A DNA stretch of 64,000 nucleotides from Heptranchias perlo. Taxonomy: Eukaryota. Made by a program: the position numbers and the translations under genes. Shown in pieces: positions 27,401 through 36,542 of the stretch. The stretch is taken from the NCBI RefSeq assembly GCF_035084215.1, contig NC_090363.1, positions 2,666,001-2,730,000 on the forward strand, written 5' to 3'. The notes beneath the pieces were generated by a model. The model worked only from the letters and a program-made list of their open reading frames with translations. It was not told the DNA's origin and made no database searches. Position 1 is the stretch's first letter. Each line of letters starts with the position of its first letter.

Positions 27401-30287
27401 AACTCGCTCCCACAAGGAGTAGTTGAGGTGAATAGCATAGAGGCATTTAAGGGGAGGCGAGATAAACACATGAGGGAGAAAGGAATAGAAGGATATGCTG
27501 ATAGGGTGAGATGAAGTAGGGAGGGAGGAGGCTCGTGTGGAGCATAAACACCGGCATGGACCTGTTGGGCCGAATGGCCTGTTTCTGTGCTGCAGTTTTG
27601 ATGTAACTCAATGTAGCTGGGTACCGCTGGCATGGACCACCTATCCGATGGGTTAGTGCTGTCATGCCCAACGGTCCAGGTTTGATGATCACCTATTCTG
27701 CTTCCCATCTCCAGCCCACCCATGAAACATGAGACCGGGTATTACAGTCCAGTGAGATAATCAATGCAGTCGGAAGATGGGGAGGGAGGAAATTGCAGGA
27801 GAAAAGGAATAAAAATAAATGATATTGGCATTGTGAAATCACAGTCTGTAATCTGTCCATCTCTTCATCTGTTACAGAACGCGAGAAACTCCAGAGTGAT
27901 TTTGGTGAGTGACTTTACTAGAATGTTCATTTGCGAAAATGGTTGATTCCTATTGGTGTCAGGTTCAAATTAATAAATCCTTCTGTTCCACGAGGGAGGT
28001 TCAGTGATTGCTCTCACTGGGTGTGTTTCTCAGTGATTGCGCTCACTGGGTGTGTTTCTCAGTGATTGCGCTCACTGGGTGTGTTTCTCAGTGATTGCTC
28101 TCACTGGCTGTGTTTCTCAGTGATTGCTCTCACTGGGTGTGTTTCTCAGTGATTGCGCTCACTGGGTGTGTTTCTCAGTGATTGCTCTCACTGGCTGTGT
28201 TTCTCAGTGATTGCTCTCACTGGCTGTGTTTCTCAGTGATTGCTCTCACTGGGTGTGTTTCTCAGTGATTGCTCGCACTGGGTGTGTTTCTCAGTGATTG
28301 CTCTCACTGGCTGTGTTTCTCAGTGATTGCTCTCACTGGCTGTGTTTCTCAGTGATTGCTCTCACTGGCTGTGTTTCTCAGTGATTGCTCTCACTGGCTG
28401 TGTTTCTCAGTGATTGCTCTCACTGGGTGTGTTTCTCAGTGATTGCTCTCACTGGCTGTGTTTCTCAGTGATTGCTCTCACTGGGTGTGTTTCTCAGTGA
28501 TTGCTCTCACTGGCTGTGTTTCTCAGTGATTGTTCTCACTGGCTGTGTTTCTCAGTGATTGCTCTCACTGGCTGTGTTTCTCAGTGATTGCTCGCACTGG
28601 GTGTGTTTCTCAGTGATTGCTCGCACTGGGTGTGTTTCTCAGTGATTGCTCTCACTGGGTGTGTTTCTCAGTGATTGCTCTCACTGGGTGTGTTTCTCAG
28701 TGATTGCTCTCACTGGGTGTGTTTCTCAGTGATTGCTCGCACTGGGTGTGTTTCTCAGTGATTGCTCGCACTGGGTGTGTTTCTCAGTGATTGCTCGCAC
28801 TGGCTGTGTTTCTCAGTGATTGCTCTCACTGGCTGTGTTTCTCAGTGATTGCTCTCACTGGGTGTGTTTCTCAGTGATTGCTCGCACTGGGTGTGTTTCT
28901 CAGTGATTGCTCGCACTGGGTGTGTTTCTCAGTGATTGCTCTCACTGGGTGTGTTTCTCAGTGATTGCTCTCACTGGGTGTGTTTCTCACTCAGTGGGGC
29001 TGATTTTAACCCCCGAGAACGGGTGGGTTGGGGGCGGGTGGGAGTTGAAAATAATTGTTTTTTTGGGTCGCAACCTCAAAATTTTCAGACTTTGCATTCC
29101 CCGTGGGAAGCCTGGACTTTTACAACCCCACGTTAAACCCGGAAATAAAGCCGGGTTGCGGTTGCGACCCAAAAAACAACTATTTTCAACTCCCGCCCGC
29201 CCCCAACCCACCCGTTCTTGGGGGATAAAATCACCCCCTGTGGGTGTGTCTCTCGGTGAACGCTCTCTGGGTGCGTCTCTCGGCGAACGCTCTCTGGCTG
29301 CGCCTCGCGGCGAACGCGCCCGCTGGCTGCGCCTCTCGGCGAACGCGCCCGCTGGCTGCGCCTCTCGGCGAACGCGCCCGCTGGCTGCGCCTCTCGGCGA
29401 ACGCCCCCGCTGGCTGCGCCTCTCGGCGAACGCCCCCGCTGGCTGCGCCTCTCGGCGAACGCCCCCGCTGGCTGCCTCTCGCGGCGAACGCCCCCGCTGG
29501 CTGCGCCTCGCGGCGAACGCGCCCGCTGGCTGCGCCTCGCGGCGAACGCGCCCGCTGGCTGCGCCTCGCGGCGAACGCGCCCGCTGGCTGCGCCTCGCGG
29601 CGAACGCGCCCGCTGGCTGCGCCTCGCGGCGAACGCGCCCGCTGGCTGCGCCTCGCGGCGAACGCGCCCGCTGGCTGCGCCTCGCGGCGAACGCGCCCGC
29701 TGGCTGCGCCTCGCGGCGAACGCGCCCGCTGGCTGCGCCTCGCGGCGAACGCGCCCGCTGGCTGCGCCTCGCGGCGAACGCGCTCACAGTGAGGACCGGT
29801 GTACCCTCTCTGGTCGGGAGCGCACATTTCAGGTATTGTTCCTCTTGGTGACTGCGAGTGCCTGCGCTCCTGATTGGACAGGTGCTGTCCAGTGACCGTA
29901 TAATACTGAATAGAGTCTCTCTGGCTCTGTTCCACTGCACTCACTGTGTGCACTGCTGCTAACCTCTGGATTCCTGTCTTACAGCTGATGAGAAGAAGGT
30001 AACCACAGCAGGTACGTGACAGTTCCTGTGACCGAAGAGGCTGGATCTCACTGGTCACTTTTCAGCGTTGTGCTCCCATTGGAGAGCCTCGCCCACAGGG
30101 AGGGCATATTGGAAATTGGGGCATAGGCTGCAAATGATTCTCTGCACCTCTCGTTTCTTTCACTTGTTCTATCTCTTTATCTCTATTTCTAACTTTCTCT
30201 CTTTTTCTCTCAAATATATACTGTCTCTCACTATATCTCTTTCTGTTTCCCACCCTTTCACTTTCTCCCGCATCTCTTCTGTTGCGC

Positions 30288-30318
<31 letters not shown>

Positions 30319-33300
30319 CTCGCTCATATATATTGGTTTCTCCTATCTCACCTCTCTCTCAGCCTTTCCTATTCCCTCTCCCTCTCTCACTCCTCTCTCT
30401 TTCGCTCCCTCCGCACATGTTCTCCCTCCGCTCCCGCGCTCCCCCTCCCTCCGCTCCCACGCTCCCCCTCCCTCCGCTCCCGCGCTCCCCCTGCTCCCGC
30501 GCTCCCCCTCCCTCCGCTTCCCGCGCTCCCCCTCCCTCCGCTCCCGCGCTCCCCCCTCCCTCCGCTCCCGCGCTCCCCCTGCTCCCGCGCTCCCCCTCCC
30601 TCCACTCCCACGCTCCCCCTCCCTCCGCTCCCGCGCTCCCCCTTCTCCCGCGCTCCCCCTCCCTCCGCTCCCGCGCTCCCCCTCCCTCCGCTGCCGCGCT
30701 CCCCCTCCCTCCGCTGCCGCGCTCCCCCTCCCTCCGCTCCCGCGCTCCCCCTCCCTCCCTCGGCTGCCGCGCTCCCCCTCCCTCCCTCGGCTGCCGCGCT
30801 CCCCCTCCCTCCCTCGGCTGCCGCGCTCCCCCTCCCTCCCTCCGCTGCCGCGCTCCCCCTCCCTCCCTCCGCTGCCGCGCTCCCCCTCCCTCCCTCCGCT
30901 GCCGCGCTCCCCCTCCCTCCCTCCGCTGCCGCGCTCCCCCTCCCTCCCTCCGCTGCCGCGCTCCCCCTCCCTCCCTCCGCTGCCGCGCTCCCCCTCCCTC
31001 CGCTCCCGCGCTCCCCCTCCCTCCGCTCCCGCGCTCCCCCTCCCTCCCTCCGCTGCCGCGCTCCCCCTCCCTCCCTCCGCTCCCGCGCTCCCCCTCCCTC
31101 CCTCCGCTCCCGCGCTCCCCCTCCCTCCCTCCGCTGCCGCGCTCCCCCTCCCTCCCTCCGCTGCCGCGCTCCCCCTCCCTCCCTCCGCTGCCGCGCTCCC
31201 CCTCCCTCCCTCCGCTCCCGCGCTCCCCCTCCCTCCGCTCCCGCGCTCCCCCTCCCTCCCTCCGCTGCCGCGCTCCCCCCTCCCTCCCTCCGCTCCCGCG
31301 CTCCCCCTCCCTCCCTCCGCTCCCGCGCTCCCCCTCCCTCCCTCCGCTGCCGCGCTCCCCCTCCCTCCCTCCGCTGCCGCGCTCCCCCTCCCTCCCTCCG
31401 CTGCCGCGCTCCCCCTCCCTCCCTCCGCTGCCGCGCTCCCCCTCCCTCCCTCCGCTCCCGCGCTCCCCCTCCCTCCCTCCGCTCCCGCGCTCCCCCTCCC
31501 TCCCTCCGCTCCCGCGCTCCCCCGCTTCTGCCCAGTGAATTACACAGAATAAAGCAGTACTGGTAAATTGCAAGTGTTGGTCTCACTGTATAGTCAATTG
31601 TTTTGTCAGGTCAGGGATTTAGTAAAACAATCAATCGCTCTCAGATATTAAACCTTTCGCTGTTGACGTTTTCTGCTATTTTTCCTCCTTGCAGAATATC
31701 AGAAGCTTCAGACTGAATTTGGTGAGTTATTTCACAGTAAAATCAGTTATGGTAAAGTCGTATCTGGTTCAGTTCTGGTACAGTCATTACACAGGACTCT
31801 GTACCTTTGGGCGGCTGGACTCACCCCTGACGTTGCAGGCAACTTGTCTCCTCAACTTGGCTTCGATACAGAGCCCCAGCCTATTCAGTCTTTCCTGATA
31901 GTTGAACCCTTCAGTAATAACGACTGGAAAGTCCAGCTTTACGGAAAACCGCCTGGGCATCGATCTCCCGGCTCCAGTAGAGATTTTGAAAGTCTGGCAT
32001 CGTTCGTGCCAAACTCCATATTAATTACTAGTAAGTTGATGGTGTGACATTGCTCAAGGCCCAGTTAATGACCACGGGCTAGATTTACAACTTGCCGCCC
32101 GGATGGTAAAACTAGCCGTTGTGGATCGGACGCCCATGAGAGAAACCGTCCGATCTTCATTCCTGTCGACTTTAATGGAGTTGAAAACTCGGGCGGTTTC
32201 TATAAGGGGAGGCCAGTCCGCGGGCGGTGGGTTGAAAATCTACCCCGACAAGCCCTTTATTGTATATCATAGACGTCGATGGAGTTGAGAAACGTCAGAA
32301 ACTCACTCCATGGAGCCACCGAGTGGCCACAGCCTGCAACTGCATCGTGACGGTTGACATAGCAAAATTGAATGGGAGATGTTGACGTAGCACTTTACAA
32401 TGGTAAAAGTGCGATCAAAAATGGTGACAAGATAAAGTAAAGGCTTGTGAACAGGAAGTCACGCCCAGCAAGGTTTTTAATAATATGTAGATTTATGTTA
32501 TCATTTTTTAAAATCTGTTCACAATGAAAACCTTTGGCATGAAAGGTAAGTCCTGTTAATAAAGTCCACTGTATTGAGGGGGTTTTAATTCATACTTTTC
32601 GATTTCTGTTTCCTTTTAGAACAATGGCGACCCCTTGCCGTGGCAGGTATGTTCTCCACCGCAAATGCATATCGTGAAGGGATGTTAGGCTCTTTTTGCA
32701 GTTGGTAAATGGGCTGCCTGGTGTGGTACTGAGTCAAACAGGCCAGGAAGTCCCCACATTCAATCCCTGGTCTGATCTCAGCCTTCAGTTAATCGCAGGA
32801 GCTCTCTGTGTGTGAGTTGTGAATGAATCGCAGGAGCAGGGTGGTGTGACCGGTCATTAGCCTGGTTCTCAATCCCCTACCAGGAGATAGGTGCACTGCC
32901 TTTAGTCTGGCTCCTACCTTTCGACCTGTCTGGCTTGGGTGGTCCGACCAGGAGTTATACCCCCAGGCAGTATAGCTCTCAGGGTCATAGCAGCACACTT
33001 GCCTTCTCACCGGGTCAAGGGGCAACCCCTCAGCCCTTCTGATTCGCTGACCTTCACCCCCCAGACCCATGGGCCTCACTGTGAACAGGGACGTAAATTG
33101 ATTATTGACCCGTTTGAGAGTGTCGGCGTTAATTATTAAAGGTTATTAATCCTCTGCCCTTCAATGCCTTCTGTTTTTTTTTCCAGAGTGGGACAGGATA
33201 CAGACCAATGCAGGTACGACCCTCAGTAACGCAGTGCGACGGACTGTACACCTCACCACACGACCCTCCCGACTCGCAACACTTGCGTTATTTTCAGTCC

Positions 33301-34777
33301 CAGTGTGACAGTCTGAGTGAGAAAGACGATTAGAGACTTTTTAAATCCGTTCTCGGGGATGTGGGCATCGCTGGCGAAGCTGGCATTTATTGCCCATCCC
33401 TCATCGCCCTGAGAATGAGGTGGTGGTGGTAGGCCTTCTGCAGAGGCCAGTTGGTGTGGGAATGGAGTCCCATGCGGGCCAGACCAATGGAGTGCTTTTG
33501 AAGCGCAGCCACTGTTGTTATGCAGGCAAGCGGGGCCAGACAATGTGCGCACAGCAAGATTCCACAAGCCGCAAATGAGACAAACGGATCAGTTTTTTTT
33601 CGGAGGGGTGAATGTTGGCCAGGGCACCAGGAGATGGCGCGGCAGCCAATGGAGGGGCAAAGGAAATCGAGGATGGGCAAGAGGCCAGAACTGGAGGAGC
33701 GCAGAGATCTCGGAGGGTTGTGGGGCTGGAGGGGGTTACAGAGGTAGGGAGGGGCGAGGCCATGGAGGCATTTGAAAACAAGGATGAGAATTTTAAAATC
33801 AAGGCATTCCCGGACCGGGAGCCAATGTGGGTCAGCGAGCACAGGGGGTGCTGGGAGAACGGGACTTGGTGCGAGTTAGGATACGGGCAGCAGAGTTTTG
33901 GATGGGCTGAAGTTTACGGAAGGTGGAAGATGGGAGGCCGGCCAGGAAGACCATTGGAATAGTCAAGTGTAGAGGTAACAAAGGCACGAATGAGGGTTTC
34001 AGCAGCAGATGAGCTGAGGCGGGGCGGAGACGGGCGATGTTATGGAGGTGGAAGTAGGCGGTCTTGGTGATGGAGCAGATCTGGAGTCAGAAGCTCACCT
34101 CGGGGTCAAATAGGACGCCAAGGTCGCAAACGGTCGGTACATTTTCCTCACAGCGCGCAGTGCCCCGACTGGCGTGTTTTGTTGTTCCCAGGAGTCGCTC
34201 CCTCCCCCCCCCCACACCCCAGAAACGTCTGACTGACCCTCTCTTGCTTTCCTTTCTAGCCGCTGTGAAGCTGGACGCTCAGACAGCCCACGCGAGCCTG
34301 ACTGTGTCTCCGAACGGGAGCAGCGTGAGAGGCGGGGAGCCCTTGACTGTCCCCGACAACCCAGAGCGGTTCGACTCGGTCCCTTACGTATTGGGGTCAG
34401 GAGGGTTCACGGCGGGGAGGCACTACTGGGAGGTGGAGGTGGGCACAAAGACCTACTGGGATGTGGGCGTCGCCAAAGAATCTGTCCGGCGGAAGGGGAT
34501 GCCCAACTTGTGCACCGACGAAGGATTCTGGACCATTGGGCGGGACGCGGAGACATACGGGATAAGCGACGGGAACCGTTCCTCCGTTGCCGTGACTACC
34601 AGGCCTGAGAAGATCGGGGTGTACCTGGACCTGGAGGCGGGGAGGGTCTCCTTTTACAACGCCCACAGCATGTTCCATCTCCACACTTTCAACACCAAGT
34701 TCTCGGAGAGAGTCTACCCATTCTTCTGGCCTGGGTGGGACGACGTAGCGTTGACCATTTGGCCGGTCAAGAACTAG
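6422..34777 (+). CDS. Butyrophilin-like protein, full spliced model (SP-IgV-IgC-TM-12 micro-exons-B30.2), 557 aa
   Basis: 17 coding exons, all GT-AG, all introns phase 1. Lengths 64+363+285+120+12x27+518=1674 nt, open to TAG at 34775-34777. Domain order is diagnostic of the BTN/BTNL family; no specific orthologue assigned. Confidence 0.92.
6556..7445 (+). mobile_element. tRNA-derived Deu-domain SINE with an internal 33-bp array
   Basis: tRNA-like head (GTAGCACTACTCTTGACTCTGAATCAGAAGG), array at 6651-7309, then GATGAGATGTTAAATCGAGGCCCC...AAAAGATCCC core. Confidence 0.8.
7770..10490 (-). mobile_element. Decayed CR1-type LINE ORF2 (endonuclease to RT to 3' end)
   Basis: Fragmented ORFs: [62 protein letters not shown]. 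Confidence 0.92.
10715..11050 (+). mobile_element. Deu-domain SINE (core and tail)
   Basis: Same core as copies at 19030-19480 (-), 20600-20880, 51900-52205, 53765-54120 and 59210-59515. Confidence 0.8.
12258..12620 (+). CDS. BTN-like IgV exon
   Basis: [25 protein letters not shown]...MEVRW...YKGRTEMF...[22 protein letters not shown] is a classic BTN/MOG-type V domain; 363 nt, phase 1-1. Confidence 0.95.
13893..14177 (+). CDS. BTN-like IgC exon
   Basis: GTGRQPLI...[19 protein letters not shown]...GLYTVQS...YTCLVNN is a B7/BTN C domain; ttcccag acceptor; 285 nt, phase 1-1. Confidence 0.95.
14293..14480. repeat. 21-bp minisatellite (CAGGCCCCTCGTGGTTACGG core) with higher-order structure
   Basis: Visible tandem units. 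Confidence 0.85.
14852..14971 (+). CDS. BTN-like transmembrane exon ([40 protein letters not shown])
   Basis: Acceptor tttccag, typical BTN FFP..S.W motif, hydrophobic span followed by basic residues, donor T|GTGAGC. Confidence 0.92.
15100..16033. repeat. 40-bp minisatellite (GTGTAATGGGGAGTCTGGTCACTATAGTCTGATAGTGAGA), about 23 copies
   Basis: Near-perfect tandem array without unique spacers. Confidence 0.97.
16091..16117 (+). CDS. BTN-like micro-exon 1 (YLTFAGGLI)
   Basis: ttttcag acceptor, 27 nt, donor G|GTGAGA. Confidence 0.75.
17857..17883 (+). CDS. BTN-like micro-exon 2 (ENKKLLDEM)
   Basis: gttacag acceptor, 27 nt, donor G|GTGAGT. Confidence 0.85.
17955..18903 (+). mobile_element. L2-type LINE 3' fragment
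   Basis: DDTQLY...LSDIQTW...NVGKTEA; HWLPV and GGRAFS...PKLWNSLP motifs; tail GGCGCTATATAAATGCAAG(TTG)n. Confidence 0.88.
19030..19480 (-). mobile_element. Near full-length Deu-domain SINE
   Basis: Reverse complement of tRNA head, core and L2-like tail. Confidence 0.82.
19903..20600. repeat. 33-bp SINE-derived tandem array with 24-bp deletion variants
   Basis: Visible array, directly continued by the SINE core at 20600-20880. Confidence 0.93.
20978..21004 (+). CDS. BTN-like micro-exon 3 (EQERMNVEQ)
   Basis: cttgcag acceptor, 27 nt, donor G|GTAAGT. Confidence 0.85.
21192..21218 (+). CDS. BTN-like micro-exon 4 (EYKRLRKEI)
   Basis: gtttcag acceptor, 27 nt, donor G|GTAAGA. Confidence 0.88.
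   Translation, partial: SIKDYARK
21245..21855. repeat. About 38-bp purine/G-rich minisatellite (GGGTACAGAGAGGGGAGATAATCCTGGGGAAAGG)
   Basis: Visible tandem array. Confidence 0.93.
22155..22181 (+). CDS. BTN-like micro-exon 5 (EEVKATGKL)
   Basis: ttttcag acceptor, 27 nt, donor G|GTGAGC. Confidence 0.85.
22878..23475 (+). mobile_element. CR1-type LINE 3' fragment
   Basis: [19 protein letters not shown]...[13 protein letters not shown], ending in a TTCTATGATTCTAT tail. Confidence 0.93.
23744..23770 (+). CDS. BTN-like micro-exon 6 (EREKLRKEF)
   Basis: tgtccag acceptor, 27 nt, donor G|GTAAGA. Confidence 0.88.
23955..25695. repeat. 63/68-bp tandem repeat (GGGAGTGTTTGATGGGACAGTGTAGAGGGAGCTTTACTCTGTATCTAACCCTGTACCTGCCCT)
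   Basis: Visible array with two length variants. Confidence 0.97.
26522..26548 (+). CDS. BTN-like micro-exon 7 (EIERGAFKA)
   Basis: tttacag acceptor, 27 nt, donor G|GTATGT. Confidence 0.85.
27878..27904 (+). CDS. BTN-like micro-exon 8 (EREKLQSDF)
   Basis: gttacag acceptor, 27 nt, donor G|GTGAGT. Confidence 0.88.
28001..28990. repeat. 29-bp minisatellite (TCAGTGATTGCTCTCACTGGGTGTGTTTC)
   Basis: Visible array; each unit contains the inverted repeat CAGTGA/TCACTG. Confidence 0.97.
28995..29238. mobile_element. Palindromic MITE inserted in the 29-bp array
   Basis: Homologous to 2321-2554, reverse orientation. Confidence 0.82.
29240..29790. repeat. GC-rich 29-bp minisatellite (CGCCTCGCGGCGAACGCGCCCGCTGGCTG)
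   Basis: Visible array, alignable without gaps to the 28001-28990 unit. Confidence 0.95.
29985..30011 (+). CDS. BTN-like micro-exon 9 (ADEKKVTTA)
   Basis: cttacag acceptor, 27 nt, donor G|GTACGT. Confidence 0.82.
30420..31525. repeat. C-rich 24/28-bp low-complexity array (CCTCCCTCCGCTGCCGCGCTCCC)
   Basis: Visible array grading out of a CT-rich tract. Confidence 0.93.
31695..31721 (+). CDS. BTN-like micro-exon 10 (EYQKLQTEF)
   Basis: cttgcag acceptor, 27 nt, donor G|GTGAGT. Confidence 0.88.
32620..32646 (+). CDS. BTN-like micro-exon 11 (EQWRPLAVA)
   Basis: cttttag acceptor, 27 nt, donor G|GTATGT. Confidence 0.85.
33187..33213 (+). CDS. BTN-like micro-exon 12 (EWDRIQTNA), pre-PRY linker
   Basis: poly-T ccag acceptor, 27 nt, donor G|GTACGA. 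W......A linker typical just before B30.2. Confidence 0.88.
33640..34135 (-). mobile_element. L2-type LINE fragment
   Basis: [29 protein letters not shown]; reverse complement of the family at 17955-18903. Confidence 0.85.
34260..34777 (+). CDS. BTN-like B30.2 (PRY-SPRY) terminal coding exon
   Basis: VKLDAQTAH...PDNPERFD...[10 protein letters not shown]...GFWTI...[16 protein letters not shown]...VYPFF; acceptor tttctag at 34259. Confidence 0.97.
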
Positions 34778-36536
34778 TCAACTGATTCCTCGTTGACCAT
34801 TTGGCCGGTCAAGAACTAGTCAACCAACAGTAACGAGGTGACATGAAACGCAGCACCTTGATGCGAGATGGACATCTCCCGGTCAGTCCTACACCAATAC
34901 CGCTGGTCTGCTATTTCACGGGAATCCCATTGCGCTGCACTCGTTCACCTGAATCATTAACTGTCGACTGTTACAATCAAAGCTCGGAAAAGAGAACAGG
35001 CCTGAGTTGTTGGCCATGCTCCTTCTGGAAAAGAGAAGCTCGGGAGTTGATACTATTGTGTTTTTAGATAATATGGACTATGACCAGCTGTTCCTCCTTA
35101 CTGGACACTGCGCTCGAAGTGGGGGTGAATTCAAAACCAAGCTGCGGAAACAGTGGCCCAGAAATTGCTCTGAGCCACAAACCAACAGCGGTCGCTGCTC
35201 CATAGATTTATACCAAGCCACTAATTTACCGCCGGGGTCTTTACTTTGGGCACTTCCTCGCATAGGAAGCGGAGAAGAGCCCAGCGTTCGTTCAAGAGAA
35301 GCTAGCACCTGTGGGAGAAGCGGGAGGATCGATCTCTCCCCCTCGAACAATCAGATTGCAGCATTTTTGACAAGCTGCGAAAATGTTTCTGCAAGCTAAA
35401 TCCAGGAGGTGAAAGGTACAACACTGGTATCATTTGTAAAAAGAGTTATAGACAACAAAAAAAACAGAAAGTGGGTAAGAAATAAACAAATTAAATGAAA
35501 GAGACTGAAGGAAAAAATAAAAATCAATTTTAAAAAAATTTTTTTTAATTAAAAAATGATCAAAAACTATTAAAATAAGGAGTAATGAAACGTTACTTTT
35601 TTAAATGTTAATTTTTAGTTGATGGGCAATCTTACCGCGCTGTTAAAACCTGGTATTTTTAAGCGTACTTGTTTTGTGCCGATATTGGTTACGTTCCAGC
35701 TGGGCAGAAGAGCAAGTTGGCGCTGGTCCGTTGATTCCAGCCGGAGATATCCCTTTAATTCGAAGCTGTCATCTCGGCGACGAACCAGGAGAAGCAATTC
35801 CGGGTTTCACTGCGCGTGTACTCCTCCGTCTCGCCCCTAACAACGGAAAGCGCTGTTGGGCTCTCCGATACCTTTTAAGCAATTTCCGGCCCATTGAATA
35901 ATGGTCAATCTATGGAACAGGCTCCCGGGGGAGACGGTGGAAGCAATTAGTATTGATTCATTCAAATGCAAATTAGATAGATTTCTTTCAGAATACAATA
36001 TTTTGGGATACAGTATATGAGTAATTTGAGACATGACGTGTGGTGAGTGTAACAGGCTCGGGAGGAACAGGTGACTTTGGACATCTGGTTCCCAAAGCTC
36101 TCCCCCACTGGGGGTTTTCCTCACCTCATGTCTGGGTCTGTTGTAGACTCATTCATAGAGATTGATTGATTGTCTTGCACTTCTGAGCCAGGCTACTGGC
36201 CTTAAATGTCTACAGAGCAACAAGGGGGTGGATCAGCCAACCTGCCTCCTTCCACTGTAGACCTTTACCCCCCCCCTTCCTTCTGGACGGTTCCCAAGCT
36301 TTACTTTGCATCGGACTATGTGTAAATAGAGAATATCGCAAGACACTAAAACGCTTGCCCGAGCTCTGAACGTAAAAAAAAATTCATTCTGGGCCGAGAA
36401 CATTTACTGTTTGCTTTGAAAGGCTTGCAGATACGTCCAGAATTATGAACTGTAAATCTGCAGTGCCTTAAATGAGCATTTAGTATGTTCAAATCGAACC
36501 TCTCCGCCATTTTATCAAAGATCCTAACCTGTTTGC

Positions 36537-36542
36537 AATAAA
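36537..36542 (+). terminator. Candidate poly(A) signal of the BTN-like gene
   Basis: AATAAA followed about 25 nt later by GT/T-rich sequence; another AATAAA occurs at 35481. Confidence 0.45.

Noticed and set aside
28907-31586. Arg/Ala-rich and Pro-rich ORFs of 275-494 aa
   Set aside because: Products of GC-rich tandem repeats.
32525-32545. Possible extra 21-nt micro-exon ending AAAG|GTAAGT
   Set aside because: Good donor but no AG acceptor (ttcacaa); at most a dead exon.
34064-34259. N-terminal part of the 237-aa ORF as a stand-alone SPRY or TRIM gene
   Set aside because: The upstream part is antisense L2 and intron sequence; the real exon begins at the acceptor at 34259/34260.
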